A stretch of 64,000 bases of DNA from a virus. The position numbers and the translations under genes were made by a program. This document shows, one piece after another, positions 26,999-36,251 of the stretch. Where the stretch lies: positions 54,923 to 118,922 of IMG/VR virus record IMGVR_UViG_3300021404_000006, one strand, 5' to 3'. Positions within the stretch are counted from its first letter, which is position 1. Each line of letters begins with the position of its first letter. The notes under the pieces were generated by a model that was not told the DNA's origin, searched no databases, and worked only from the letters and a program-made list of their open reading frames with translations.

Positions 26999-29035
26999 TT
27001 ACGCCGGGGTAGTGAAGGTGAAGCTTGCCCACTCACTGGAGTGCGCGCCTTCCGCGCCCTGAGCGCGAACGGCGAGGGTGTAGGTAGTGACAGGACTCAG
27101 GCCGCCGAACTGCTGAGTGTAAAGCTGCTGCCCTGGAACCAGGTCCACGTAACGCGGGTAGGTGTCGATGACCGGCCCGAGCTTCTTGCCCTTGCAGACC
27201 GCTACCTGCCACCGGGTGACGCCGGGGTGAACCTGGGGTGCCGGAGCGAAGGAGAACTTGACGGAGTGCCGCCCCGCAGCCAGCAGCTTCAGGTTAAGAG
27301 GGGCAGCGAACCCCCAGGCGGGAGCAGAAGGAGGGGGCAGCGCTGCGGCAAGGTCACCGTACAGGGCCTGGTCGCACTCGCCCTTGGCAGCGGTGTTCTT
27401 GAAGTGCGCCTGTGCGAGGGTGACCGCAGCTGTAGTAAGCGGGCCGAAGTTGCTGTCCACGGGGAACAGCGTCGGGATCGCGGTGGCAAAGCCCCACTTG
27501 ACCAGGTTCTGCTGAAGGGTCTTGACCATCGTGCCCGTGCTGCCCTGCTTCAGCGGGAAGGGAGACGCCGGAGGCGGGGGCACCGGAGAGATGCCCTGCA
27601 TGCGCACCGCGCAGTTGAACACGTCGCCGCTGATCGGCTTGACCTTGACGCCCTCGGCGGTGTCGTACGCGCTGACGTACTCCGTGGCAGACACAGCCAT
27701 GCCGATGTGGCCGAACAAGTTGGCGGGGAAGAGGTGGGTGCCAACGGTCACCGGGAACGGAGCCGGTCCAGCGCCGGTAAAGGCAACCAGGTCTCCGGCC
27801 TGAACGTCAGCCGGGTTAAGGATGAGCGCCGCGCCGGGCAGCTTGCTGCCTGCCCATTCCATCTCGTAGGGAACCAGCGCGGCCCCGATGTTCGAAGGAC
27901 CGCCTGGCATCGGGATTCCGGCCTGGTTAGCCGCGTACCAGACAAGCCCTGAGCAGTCGAACTTCTGCGGCACCGTGGTTCCGAAGCGGTCGGGGTTGAC
28001 CTCGGTGTAGCCTTCGCCCACCTTGGACTGCATCACGGCCATCATCTTCGCTACCTTTTCCGCCATGGTTGACGGCACGGGCGGCGGGGGCGTCGGAACA
28101 GGGACCGGGGGCGGCGGAGGCGTAGGTACTGGCGGAGGAGTGGGAAAGGGAGGAGCGGCTGCCAGGTCATTGAAGAGGGCCTGGTCGCATACTCCTGCGG
28201 TAACCCCGCGCTGCCCGAGGAAGACCTGGGCGGCGGTAACCGCTGCCGCTGTAAGCGGCCCGTAGTTCCCGTCTGCCGTCAGCATGAGGTTGATGCCGAG
28301 CTGGCCGCCGAAAGCCGAGATCCACTTGTTGATGTTCCGCTGAAGGGTGTGCACAGGTCCCGTGAGGGTTACGTCAACATCTCCCTGCTTCAGCGGGAGA
28401 GTCGGATTCGACGGAGGGGCAACGGTGCCAAAGCAGTAGGAGTAGAACAGGTCGCTGTCGAAGGCGTTGTTGCTGGCGTACTGGGTGGCGTCAGCCTGCG
28501 GGTAGCCGCAACCGGAAGGCGAGCAGATGTGCTGACCGATCCAGTGCGCCGACCACAGAATCCACTGACTACGGCTGATGCCCAGCGCGCTCACGGCGTT
28601 GATGACAGCCTGGCTGTCTCCGGCGGAGCAGTAGATGATCGGCTTGCCGCCGTCGTTCCTGCCGCCAGCCGGGGCAAGAGGGAGGTTATCCTTGACAAAC
28701 TGGGCTGCCTGTGCGGCGGTGGCGTCGCCCGGCTCGCAGTCGATGCAGCGAGCGCCCTGGCGGCCATTCGGGGTGATCGAGAGGATGATCGCGGACGGGA
28801 AGTCAGCCTTGAACGCAGCGATGTTGGTGAAAAACCCGTTGTAGTAGCCGGCGTAAACCGGCAGGCCCTTTGTACAGCCGGCAGGAGAAATGGCATCCTG
28901 CCCGTGCAGAGTTAGCAAACTGGAGGTCGCGTTCGCAGTACTGAATCCCTGCTTTAGCCTCCATGACCGGGTAAGCAGGAACGGAGACGGAGCCCCGAAT
29001 TTCTTACCGGACCAGTCCTTATCGGAGTGAGTCAT
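26999..29035 (-). CDS. multidomain endolysin: GH25-like muramidase, PG-binding, NlpC/P60, PG-binding, FN3
   Basis: IDCEPGD..KPIIYCS..WSAHW..ATQY; LKQG..V.TLQ..DGNYGPLT twice; FDCSGLVWYA...GHIGM; GLSPVTTYTLAVRA. Confidence 0.85.
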   Translation of the reverse strand: MTHSDKDWSGKKFGAPSPFLLTRSWRLKQGFSTANATSSLLTLHGQDAISPAGCTKGLPVYAGYYNGFFTNIAAFKADFPSAIILSITPNGRQGARCIDCEPGDATAAQAAQFVKDNLPLAPAGGRNDGGKPIIYCSAGDSQAVINAVSALGISRSQWILWSAHWIGQHICSPSGCGYPQADATQYASNNAFDSDLFYSYCFGTVAPPSNPTLPLKQGDVDVTLTGPVHTLQRNINKWISAFGGQLGINLMLTADGNYGPLTAAAVTAAQVFLGQRGVTAGVCDQALFNDLAAAPPFPTPPPVPTPPPPPVPVPTPPPPVPSTMAEKVAKMMAVMQSKVGEGYTEVNPDRFGTTVPQKFDCSGLVWYAANQAGIPMPGGPSNIGAALVPYEMEWAGSKLPGAALILNPADVQAGDLVAFTGAGPAPFPVTVGTHLFPANLFGHIGMAVSATEYVSAYDTAEGVKVKPISGDVFNCAVRMQGISPVPPPPASPFPLKQGSTGTMVKTLQQNLVKWGFATAIPTLFPVDSNFGPLTTAAVTLAQAHFKNTAAKGECDQALYGDLAAALPPPSAPAWGFAAPLNLKLLAAGRHSVKFSFAPAPQVHPGVTRWQVAVCKGKKLGPVIDTYPRYVDLVPGQQLYTQQFGGLSPVTTYTLAVRAQGAEGAHSSEWASFTFTTPA

Positions 29036-29097
29036 GCTTTCCTCTCTAGTTAGCGCCTGTTCCAGGATACGCCCTGAGGATAGCAGTAACGAGGGGC

Positions 29098-29198
29098 GAG
29101 GGGCGAGGCCGGGCAGCTAGCACCAAAGGGCGGCTGCGGGGGGTGGGCAGCGCACGCCCTGGTGCGAGGGAAGGCCGCCCGGCCTCGCGTATCCCCTC
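29098..29198. other. long GC-rich rod-like hairpin upstream of the endolysin gene
   Basis: Nested pairings GCGAGGCCGGGC/GCCCGGCCTCGC, GCACCA/TGGTGC, GGGCG/CGCCC, GCTGC/GCAGC. Confidence 0.55.
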
Positions 29199-29218
29199 CA
29201 ACGCCCTGCGTCGCGGAT

Positions 29219-29497
29219 CTATTCCGCATCCGCAAGAATTTTGCGACGGCACTCGTACCAGTGACCCGACCTGATGTTCTGGAGGTACCAGTCTGCCACC
29301 ACAGTCCTCGGCGGGCAGTCCAGGTACCTGTCGTCTTGATGATGCAAGGGGTGAAGGAGAGGCTTGCCGTCGAAGTGCGTCCACTCGGCGGGCTCAGACA
29401 TCACCGGCTCTGGCTCGCAGCGGCAGAAGATACCGAGCATCCGCCTCATGATGATCAGGCCTACCCACCTGGGTCCGGTGCTGCTGGTGAGCACCAT
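29219..29497 (-). CDS. hypothetical protein
   Basis: ORF coupled to its upstream neighbour. Confidence 0.5.
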   Translation of the reverse strand: MVLTSSTGPRWVGLIIMRRMLGIFCRCEPEPVMSEPAEWTHFDGKPLLHPLHHQDDRYLDCPPRTVVADWYLQNIRSGHWYECRRKILADAE

Positions 29498-29685
29498 CAG
29501 TCTGTGATCTCGTATATGTCTATCTCTCCGGGGGAGTTCGGCACGGCTACCCGCTTATCGCGGCGCAGGCCGCTGAGCACGGTCTCCGTGTACTCTTCGC
29601 TGGCGGACATCTCAAGCTCGCGCTTCAGCTCCTCCAGGTTCTCGTACTGTTCCTCGGAGCCGTCTCCGCAGTGCACGATGATCAT
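29497..29685 (-). CDS. small acidic hypothetical protein
   Basis: SD GAGGG; MIIVHCGDGSEEQYE... Confidence 0.6.
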   Translation of the reverse strand: MIIVHCGDGSEEQYENLEELKRELEMSASEEYTETVLSGLRRDKRVAVPNSPGEIDIYEITD

Positions 29686-29704
29686 TGGCTTCCCTCTCTT
29701 ACAG

Positions 29705-29739
29705 CTGAGGCCCTTAACCACGACGGTTAAGGGCCTCAG
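29705..29739. terminator. stem-loop terminator
   Basis: CTGAGGCCCTTAACC-ACGAC-GGTTAAGGGCCTCAG. Confidence 0.7.
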
Positions 29740-29751
29740 TCCGCCGGTTGT

Positions 29752-30450
29752 TCAGTCGCCGTAGAAGCGCTTGTTCTTGTAGACCTTGATGTTCTTGGCA
29801 GCTCGCGGCTTGCTTCCCCTGTGATCGAACGACAGCGCTGCCGCCGCGCGGGCCTGCTTCTTGAGTGCCGGGGTGAGCTTGTACGGCAGCACGCCCTCTT
29901 TTGACTTGCTCTCCAGCTTCTCCACGGTGCGCACCGACGCCTCCGCCGCCGAGCCGGCCCGCTGGGCGATGTTGGACGCAAGGCCGGCGATGTGCCGCTC
30001 GGGCGTCACGGTGACGTTGGTCATGGTGTCCGGCCGGGTGCGCGCGTCGCGCTTGCGGATCTTGAACTCCGATGTCCGCAGGGCGTACGGGTTCTTCCGC
30101 GCGGCCCGGCGCATGCCGGCAGCTGCCCGGTTGTCGGTTACGTACGCTACCTTGAAGGCCGCCGTCTGCTCTAGCAGGAAACGGATGCTGACCTCGGTGC
30201 CGGTATTGTCGGTGGCAAGGAAGCCGACGCTGACAACGGGCTCGCCGTCCTTGTCGGCAGGGTGAACGCTGATCGTAGATGCGTCAACGTCCTTGAGTTC
30301 CAGTGCGGGAATGAGCTTGTCCAGTGCGTCCTTGGTCGCTTCTCCGATGGTGCAGTGGCACGGGTCGCCCGGGACGGCTCTGGCAAAGTGATCTTCTGTG
30401 ACGGTGAGGATTACCTCGGGTGATTTGATGCGCATACCCGTGTGAACCAC
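29752..30450 (-). CDS. hypothetical protein (basic C-terminus)
   Basis: 232-aa ORF with phage-like codon usage. Confidence 0.7.
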   Translation of the reverse strand: MVHTGMRIKSPEVILTVTEDHFARAVPGDPCHCTIGEATKDALDKLIPALELKDVDASTISVHPADKDGEPVVSVGFLATDNTGTEVSIRFLLEQTAAFKVAYVTDNRAAAGMRRAARKNPYALRTSEFKIRKRDARTRPDTMTNVTVTPERHIAGLASNIAQRAGSAAEASVRTVEKLESKSKEGVLPYKLTPALKKQARAAAALSFDHRGSKPRAAKNIKVYKNKRFYGD

Positions 30451-30635
30451 TACTCTGCGTTGTCTATTCCCTGTTCTGAAAATTCTTCATGAAGATCGCG
30501 GCAGCCCATGCACCCTTCACACCTGTCGTACCAGTTGTCATCTAGGTCGTAACAGCCTGTACCTTTTGTGGGCCTGCCGCAGCAGTCGCACACATAGTCG
30601 CACCAGTCAGGAAGTGCGGACTCCTCTTTGGCCAT
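30450..30635 (-). CDS. small Cys-rich protein
   Basis: CDCCG...CEGCMGC. Confidence 0.55.
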   Translation of the reverse strand: MAKEESALPDWCDYVCDCCGRPTKGTGCYDLDDNWYDRCEGCMGCRDLHEEFSEQGIDNAE

Positions 30636-30644
30636 GTCCGGACC

Positions 30645-33110
30645 CTACCTCATCACCATGTTGACCGGCTTCGCCTGGACGAAAACGACAAAGCTTCTCC
30701 GGCTGTTGCCTACGCCTGTAGTTGCCCAGCGGATATCCTGCCTTGCCAGCTGGTCCTTGACTTCACTCGCGCCGATCCTCGGCAGCCCGTTGGGGACGGC
30801 GTGCTGGGAGTTGTACTGCGTACGGAGCATTCCCAGCGTCGGGCTGTTAGACAGGCGGCTGTCGGTCGTCTTGATGTCAGCCGGGAACAGGTCGAAGTTC
30901 TCCGTGAGCCACGCGCCGAACTCGTCGCTGCGTACCTGTGCGGAATCCCTGGACATGACTACGGCATGCGGGACCGGCCAGCGGTTGTCGGTACGGTACA
31001 TGGCGCACTCGTAGATCAGCTTCGCGAGAATGGCCGGGTACTCGGGCTTGCCGTTTCTCAGCCAGTTGAGCCTTGCCTCGTTGGTGGTAGCCGGAGTACC
31101 GTCGCAGGGAATGTGCGTAATCCGCTCGGCTACACCCTGCGCGTCCATCCGCAGTGCGTTGCGCGGGTTCTGGCAGATAAGGAAATTGAACAGCTTGGGC
31201 GCGCTTACCCGGTTGCTGTACTTGCGCGAAGCGGAAAGGTCTCCGGTGCCGGAGGCAAGATCGTTGAACCGGGAGATCGCCTGTTTGCCTGCGGGCGGAG
31301 GCTCGTCCATCCACACCATGCGCGCCCCCATCATGGCCGCGATCTCTTCCTCTGCTGAGGAAGAGGAATCATTCCCGAGGATCTTGTCCGGGGTTACCTT
31401 AACCGCGTAGTTTCCGAGCACCTTGTACAGGATTTCTGAAAAAGTTGACTTGCCTCCCTGCGGCGGCCCGTCCAGCACCGGGTGCATCTTAGAGGTAGCG
31501 CCCCACAGCAGGACGCCTGCCATCTCGCGCAGTGCCCACGCCCTTATCTCAGGGTCTGGCCAGATCGCTTCCAGCAGCCGGTCGAACGCAGGCGTGGGGC
31601 CGGGGTACGGAGCGCACAGGGCTGTCTTCAGGTGCACCGGGTTAACCGGGCCGAAATCGGTAGCGAACCTGAGTGCCGGGTACCTGAGCGACCACGGCTG
31701 GCCGCCTGCCCACAGCACGTCCGGCTCGGTGTCAAGGTCGCTTACCCTCACGCTGTAGCTGCCGTCCGCGAGGAACGACTTGATGAGTGCGTTGCCGATG
31801 GCATTCTGGCCGGACGTACCGAGGAACTTACCCCGGATCTTGATCAGCCTCTCCTTGCGGGCGGCGTCTTTGTCTATGTCCTGCTGGCTGGCAGCCGTGC
31901 CCTGCGCCTCAAGCTCTTCAGAAAGCTGGGCCTCTGTCTTCAGGGAACCAGCCAGCTCCATCACGATCGTCGCCGCGCGCTCCAGCCTCTCGGACTTGGT
32001 GCCCCAGCGCTCCCAGTAGGTGCCGGTGTTCTCCAGCCAGCAGCCTTCGTCGGAGGTAAGACGGAAGTTAACCACGGCAAAATCACGCACGACCTTACCG
32101 AGAACAGTGTCGTTGGCCGCTGGCGGTTCGAACGGGTAACCCGGCGGGTTAAGGCGCTCGGCTACAGTCCGCCGGGTTAGCGGCTCCCCGATCGCTACCG
32201 CGTGCTCGGCAAGCTCGGCTGCCTTGTGCTGCACCTCTTCGACGGACTTCGGCCGCAGCCTCTCCGCCTCGCGGGCAAGTACCTCAGCAGCCAGCTCCTC
32301 GTAGGGCATGCCCGACCAGTTCTCCCAGACGGCCATCTCCTCGCGGTCCCATTTCTCTGACTTCGCCTGCGCGGAGCGGATCTTCTCCGCAATGTAGGCG
32401 TCGCGTCCGCGCCATTCGCCGTCGCGGTTAGGCATGATGACCGCAAGGCGCTCGTAAATCGATGACTCGTCAAGCCCCGCGCGCACCATAGAGCAGACCA
32501 CGGCAAGGCATTCGTCGTGCGAGGTGATCTCGTAACCGTCGTCTTCCCACGCGCCCGCCAGGCCGGCGGTTCCCGCAGTGCCTTCGCGCCCGTACTGGGG
32601 GAAGATGCGGTCACGGGTAAGGGCCTCAAGAATTTCCGCTGTCGCTTCAACCGGCTCGTTGCCTACTGCCGTGTACATCAGCCCTGACTTGTGACGGCCT
32701 TCTACATACGAGAAGCCGTTGGACTTAACGTCGCCCCACACGGTCGGCCCTTGCTTCGGCCACAGGTGCAGCAGTTCTTCCGGAACTGTCAGCACCACGT
32801 GCGCTCGCGCGCCGTCCTCGCGAACGGAGGTAACGATCTCGGACAGCTCGCCAAGTTCTATGTAGGTGTTCCCGATCTCCCATTCTTCCGGGTGGTCGAT
32901 GTCGATGACGATCGTGCGGCTGGTCCTGGAGCAGGCGATGCCCCACTGGAACTCACCGAACTCAGGGTGAGGCGGCTTGCCGGCCGCACGGAACTCACGG
33001 TCGGACACGGAACCGAATTCAAGATCTTCGTAGCTTCCGGAGACACAGGCGATCTTGCCGCCCTCACTGTCGTTGTACCAGCGGAGCCAGGTAAAAGAGA
33101 AGCCGCTCAT
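30645..33110 (-). CDS. DNA primase (Prim-Pol-like) fused to SF3/D5-type helicase
   Basis: IVIDID, AHVVL; Walker A GPPQGGKST; MVWMDE; LICQN. Confidence 0.85.
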   Translation of the reverse strand: MSGFSFTWLRWYNDSEGGKIACVSGSYEDLEFGSVSDREFRAAGKPPHPEFGEFQWGIACSRTSRTIVIDIDHPEEWEIGNTYIELGELSEIVTSVREDGARAHVVLTVPEELLHLWPKQGPTVWGDVKSNGFSYVEGRHKSGLMYTAVGNEPVEATAEILEALTRDRIFPQYGREGTAGTAGLAGAWEDDGYEITSHDECLAVVCSMVRAGLDESSIYERLAVIMPNRDGEWRGRDAYIAEKIRSAQAKSEKWDREEMAVWENWSGMPYEELAAEVLAREAERLRPKSVEEVQHKAAELAEHAVAIGEPLTRRTVAERLNPPGYPFEPPAANDTVLGKVVRDFAVVNFRLTSDEGCWLENTGTYWERWGTKSERLERAATIVMELAGSLKTEAQLSEELEAQGTAASQQDIDKDAARKERLIKIRGKFLGTSGQNAIGNALIKSFLADGSYSVRVSDLDTEPDVLWAGGQPWSLRYPALRFATDFGPVNPVHLKTALCAPYPGPTPAFDRLLEAIWPDPEIRAWALREMAGVLLWGATSKMHPVLDGPPQGGKSTFSEILYKVLGNYAVKVTPDKILGNDSSSSAEEEIAAMMGARMVWMDEPPPAGKQAISRFNDLASGTGDLSASRKYSNRVSAPKLFNFLICQNPRNALRMDAQGVAERITHIPCDGTPATTNEARLNWLRNGKPEYPAILAKLIYECAMYRTDNRWPVPHAVVMSRDSAQVRSDEFGAWLTENFDLFPADIKTTDSRLSNSPTLGMLRTQYNSQHAVPNGLPRIGASEVKDQLARQDIRWATTGVGNSRRSFVVFVQAKPVNMVMR

Positions 33111-33383
33111 GCTGCCCACGGTACCAGCCCAGGGGGAGGGGCGCAGGCAGATGTGGGTAACCCACTGGGCTGACTGCTGGGGAGCCTCAATCCCTTACTA
33201 CATAGGAAGTGGCTATATGGGTAACTTCTACTATTATTAATTCTAAGAGAGAGAGAGATATAGAGATTATGGGGGTTACAGGGGGTCTAGGGGATCTCAG
33301 AACTCAATGGGAAAAACCCTGCCCATGTACCCAGTTTTCCGATAGCCCTCCTAAGCCCCCCGCTGGCTGGTACAGTCCCTGGC
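33111..33383. promoter_or_regulatory. divergent primase/polymerase promoters, candidate replication origin
   Basis: Mirror GGCTGGTAC(C/A)GT extended -10 boxes, each 7 nt from an ATG; AT-rich core and a (GA)n run. Confidence 0.55.
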
Positions 33384-34886
33384 ATGAGCACCGAGGATGT
33401 CCTCGCAAGGCAGGCAGCGCTCAGCCACTTGGACATACACACGCCCATGGCGCTGGAAGAAAAGCCCAAACCGAAACCCAAGCGCAAGCCGAAGCAGGAT
33501 GCGCGAGCGAAGGCATCTCAGGCGGGCTACAAGAAGGCACTGAGGGCGTCTACCCGTGAGCAGCGGATCAGGAAGTCGGAAGAGGCACGCGTCCGCAGGG
33601 CACAAGAGAAACTGGCGGCCAGGGAAGCCGAGCGGCAGGCGAAGATAGACGAGGCCGCTGAAGGTTACTGCGAGCTGCCCGCTGTCGTACTGCGCGACGG
33701 CACGGTCAGGCACATCGACTACCCCACAGCCATCGAGATCGTCAGCCAGTACCTGGGCGCGCTCGGCGTGGACGTGGAGCACAGCGGCTACGACACAGGG
33801 GACAAGCGGTACGAGCTGCGGACGGTCCAGCTGGGCGGCAGGGACATGACCGTGGTGTTCGACGCGGACTCGGCGGCCCAGCGGATGATCGTCAAGTGGG
33901 CGCTGGCCTCAGCCGAGAAGCTGCACGCGTTCGCCGCCATCGCTGACCTGATCCCGCTCGTGCTGGCCGGCCTGACCGACTGGGATACCGCCTGGGGCAA
34001 GATGTACGACGGCGTGCTGTACGTGAAGCTGACTGACCCGCGCCTGGCAGGATCGGAAGCCAACGGGCTGAAAGACCTAGCCCGCGACATGCTGCACGAG
34101 TACGCCGTAAGCCCTGAAGCCGAGAAGAAGAAGAACGCTCTCTTCAAGGCGATCGGCTGCAACATCAACACCGACAGCTCCACCCCTGCCGAGAAGAACG
34201 GCTGGAACATGGTGAGCAAGTTCGCGGTGACCATGATCCGCTACGCCGGGTGTGACGTACTGGACCTGGCTGCCGTACTGGATGCGCTCCCCCCGCTCCC
34301 TGTGCCTGAGTCCGTGCTTGACCGCGAAAGGGAAGTCCAGGCATCGTGCGCCCGGGTAGCCCTTGACGGCTTCGCCCTGGACTACGAGCACATCAAGGCG
34401 AAGATCGCGGAACACGAGGCCAGCAAAGCAGAGCACCAGCGCAACACCGAGATCCTGACTGACGGCAAGGTCGTCAACCCGAGCGCTCCCGGCGTCGGCG
34501 CTGCCCTGATCGAGCTGTACCCGCACCTCGCATCGGTACTTGACCGCAGCGAGGACACAGGAGAGCCGAGCGCAGCCAAGAAGTCCCTCGCCAAGATCCA
34601 GGGCGACGGTATCGATGCGGTTACAGCCAGGGAGATCCTGGCCTACCGGCACGATGTTACGACGCTCAGCCTGCTTCTCCGGCCCTTGGAGAACCTGTGC
34701 GTGAACGGCGACGGCAGAATGCGGCCCACGGTTTACACGATCAACGCCGACACCGGCCGCATGTCCTGCGTACGTCCCAACGGCCAGCAGTTCTCGCGGC
34801 GCGGCGGCATCAGGGCATGCGTCGTAGCCGGCCTGATGGATATCGAACTCGTTAACGGCAAGTGGAGGGTGGTGCTGGCAGCGTGA
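33384..34886 (+). CDS. polA: family A DNA polymerase, N-terminal part (3'-5' exonuclease, thumb, start of palm)
   Basis: GVDVEHSG, LRTVQLG, LKDLA, YAGCDV, DGRMRP...ADTGRMSCVRPNGQQ...IRACVVA. Confidence 0.9.
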   Translation: MSTEDVLARQAALSHLDIHTPMALEEKPKPKPKRKPKQDARAKASQAGYKKALRASTREQRIRKSEEARVRRAQEKLAAREAERQAKIDEAAEGYCELPAVVLRDGTVRHIDYPTAIEIVSQYLGALGVDVEHSGYDTGDKRYELRTVQLGGRDMTVVFDADSAAQRMIVKWALASAEKLHAFAAIADLIPLVLAGLTDWDTAWGKMYDGVLYVKLTDPRLAGSEANGLKDLARDMLHEYAVSPEAEKKKNALFKAIGCNINTDSSTPAEKNGWNMVSKFAVTMIRYAGCDVLDLAAVLDALPPLPVPESVLDREREVQASCARVALDGFALDYEHIKAKIAEHEASKAEHQRNTEILTDGKVVNPSAPGVGAALIELYPHLASVLDRSEDTGEPSAAKKSLAKIQGDGIDAVTAREILAYRHDVTTLSLLLRPLENLCVNGDGRMRPTVYTINADTGRMSCVRPNGQQFSRRGGIRACVVAGLMDIELVNGKWRVVLAA

Positions 34887-35035
34887 AGACTGGGATCAGG
34901 TATATATTTCACGGGTGGTTCATAACTGTTGGCCCGTGGCAGATTAGGATAATTCTCCCCAAAGGAGGCCGGTTTAATAACGGCTCACGGTGGCATTCTC
35001 GCTGGTACCGCTGGGCTGAGGAGCAGGATTACTGA
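34883..35035 (+). CDS. small hypothetical protein between polymerase halves (50 aa)
   Basis: GTGA overlap; MKTGIRYIFHGWFITVGPWQIRII... Confidence 0.5.
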   Translation: MKTGIRYIFHGWFITVGPWQIRIILPKGGRFNNGSRWHSRWYRWAEEQDY

Positions 35036-35220
35036 TGCGAACTGAGTATGTTTCTCCCTTTGACATGGACCCCGGTAACGGGTGGGACGGCCACAAGGAC
35101 TGGCTTAACTACCGGGAGCAGTTCGTACGCGGCGAAGATGCTGACTGGGCTTTCGAACAGATGCTATTCCGGGTATCTTCTACGATTCCTCATGCAGCAA
35201 AGAGGCGACGTGAAGACTGA
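35035..35220 (+). CDS. small hypothetical protein between polymerase halves (61 aa)
   Basis: TGATG coupling, SD AGGA. Confidence 0.55.
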   Translation: MRTEYVSPFDMDPGNGWDGHKDWLNYREQFVRGEDADWAFEQMLFRVSSTIPHAAKRRRED

Positions 35221-35971
35221 AATGATAGGCATTTCTGCCGACTTCAGCGGCTGCGAGATCATCGTCGCGGCAGGCTTGTCGGGAGACAGGCAGCTCTACG
35301 AGGCAGAGACCAGCTCCCGGTGCTACGCGTGCGACGGCGACCCGTGCTCGTGCGGCAAGTACCATACCGGCCTGCACTGGCTGGCGGCTCACCTGACATT
35401 CGGGAAGGATGCCGTCAAGGAGCACCGCTACCAGGCCAAGGCGGTTATCTTCCGCAAGCTGTTCGGCGGTCAGCCCGACTCCGATGTCGCGGCTAAGATC
35501 GCCCGGGTATTCGACACTGAGATCGCTCCCGTCTACAAGGCGTGGGACGACTGGCTCCGCGTGATGTACACCCAGGGCAGCCTGCTCTACCGTGACTACT
35601 CCGGCCACGGCGAGAACTATTCCATGAACCTGGAAGGCCGCAAGCGCTATGCGATTTACCGGACCTATTCAGGCCGCCAGATCTATTCAGGCAAGGGCGA
35701 GCACGCCGTAGGCAACTACGCCATTCAGGGAACAGCACGTGAACTTCTGGTAGACGGAATTCGTGTCTGGAGCCATTCGAGGTGGGGCCACCTGCCTATC
35801 CTCCCGGTGCACGACCAGATCATTGCGTTCGTACCCAGGGAGGAAGCAGACGAGGCCAGCGCCGTACTGCGCAGGTGCATGGAAACGGATGTGCTTTCCA
35901 CTGATGACTGGAACGTGCACATCGACGCTGACCTGGACAAGCCATTCAAAGCGTGGCCGGATAGCTCGTGA
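35210..35971 (+). CDS. polA: family A DNA polymerase, C-terminal catalytic part
   Basis: Motif A ISADFSGCEIIVAAGLSGD; motif B RYQAKAVIF..LFG; NYAIQGTARE; motif C PVHDQI. SD AAGAGG precedes GTG. Confidence 0.9.
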   Translation: MKTEMIGISADFSGCEIIVAAGLSGDRQLYEAETSSRCYACDGDPCSCGKYHTGLHWLAAHLTFGKDAVKEHRYQAKAVIFRKLFGGQPDSDVAAKIARVFDTEIAPVYKAWDDWLRVMYTQGSLLYRDYSGHGENYSMNLEGRKRYAIYRTYSGRQIYSGKGEHAVGNYAIQGTARELLVDGIRVWSHSRWGHLPILPVHDQIIAFVPREEADEASAVLRRCMETDVLSTDDWNVHIDADLDKPFKAWPDSS

Positions 35972-36034
35972 TTTGCTTTTAGTGATATCGTGGTAGGCGT
36001 ACCCATGAGGGGTGAATGAGTTAGGGATAATAAA

Positions 36035-36244
36035 ATGCACAGCTATGAAGTCGCGTACAGGACAGGGCCTGCGGACTACAAGGCCGAAGAGGTAGTAGCG
36101 GATTTCTACGAGACGCAGGCGACACAAGGCGCGCACATGATAGCCGATTTCCGTCTGGATGACGGCAAGTACATCGCTACCTTCGCTGACGTGCTTAGCG
36201 TTAAGCTGCTTAACCGAGAAGCGGCTTGCGATCTAGTGGTATAG
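36035..36244 (+). CDS. hypothetical protein
   Basis: 69-aa ORF. Confidence 0.55.
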   Translation: MHSYEVAYRTGPADYKAEEVVADFYETQATQGAHMIADFRLDDGKYIATFADVLSVKLLNREAACDLVV

Positions 36245-36251
36245 TACTTCC

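Noticed and set aside
34818-34886. Split intein N-fragment (CVVAGLMDIELVNGKWRVV) at the end of the PolA N-half
   Set aside because: The Cys belongs to the conserved PolA IRAC(F/V)VA motif, and no downstream ORF has an intein C-terminal HN-[C/S/T] junction before motif A.
34883-35220. Group I or II intron interrupting polA
   Set aside because: No recognisable core elements. The gap is filled by two coupled ORFs, and the C-terminal half has its own SD and start codon.
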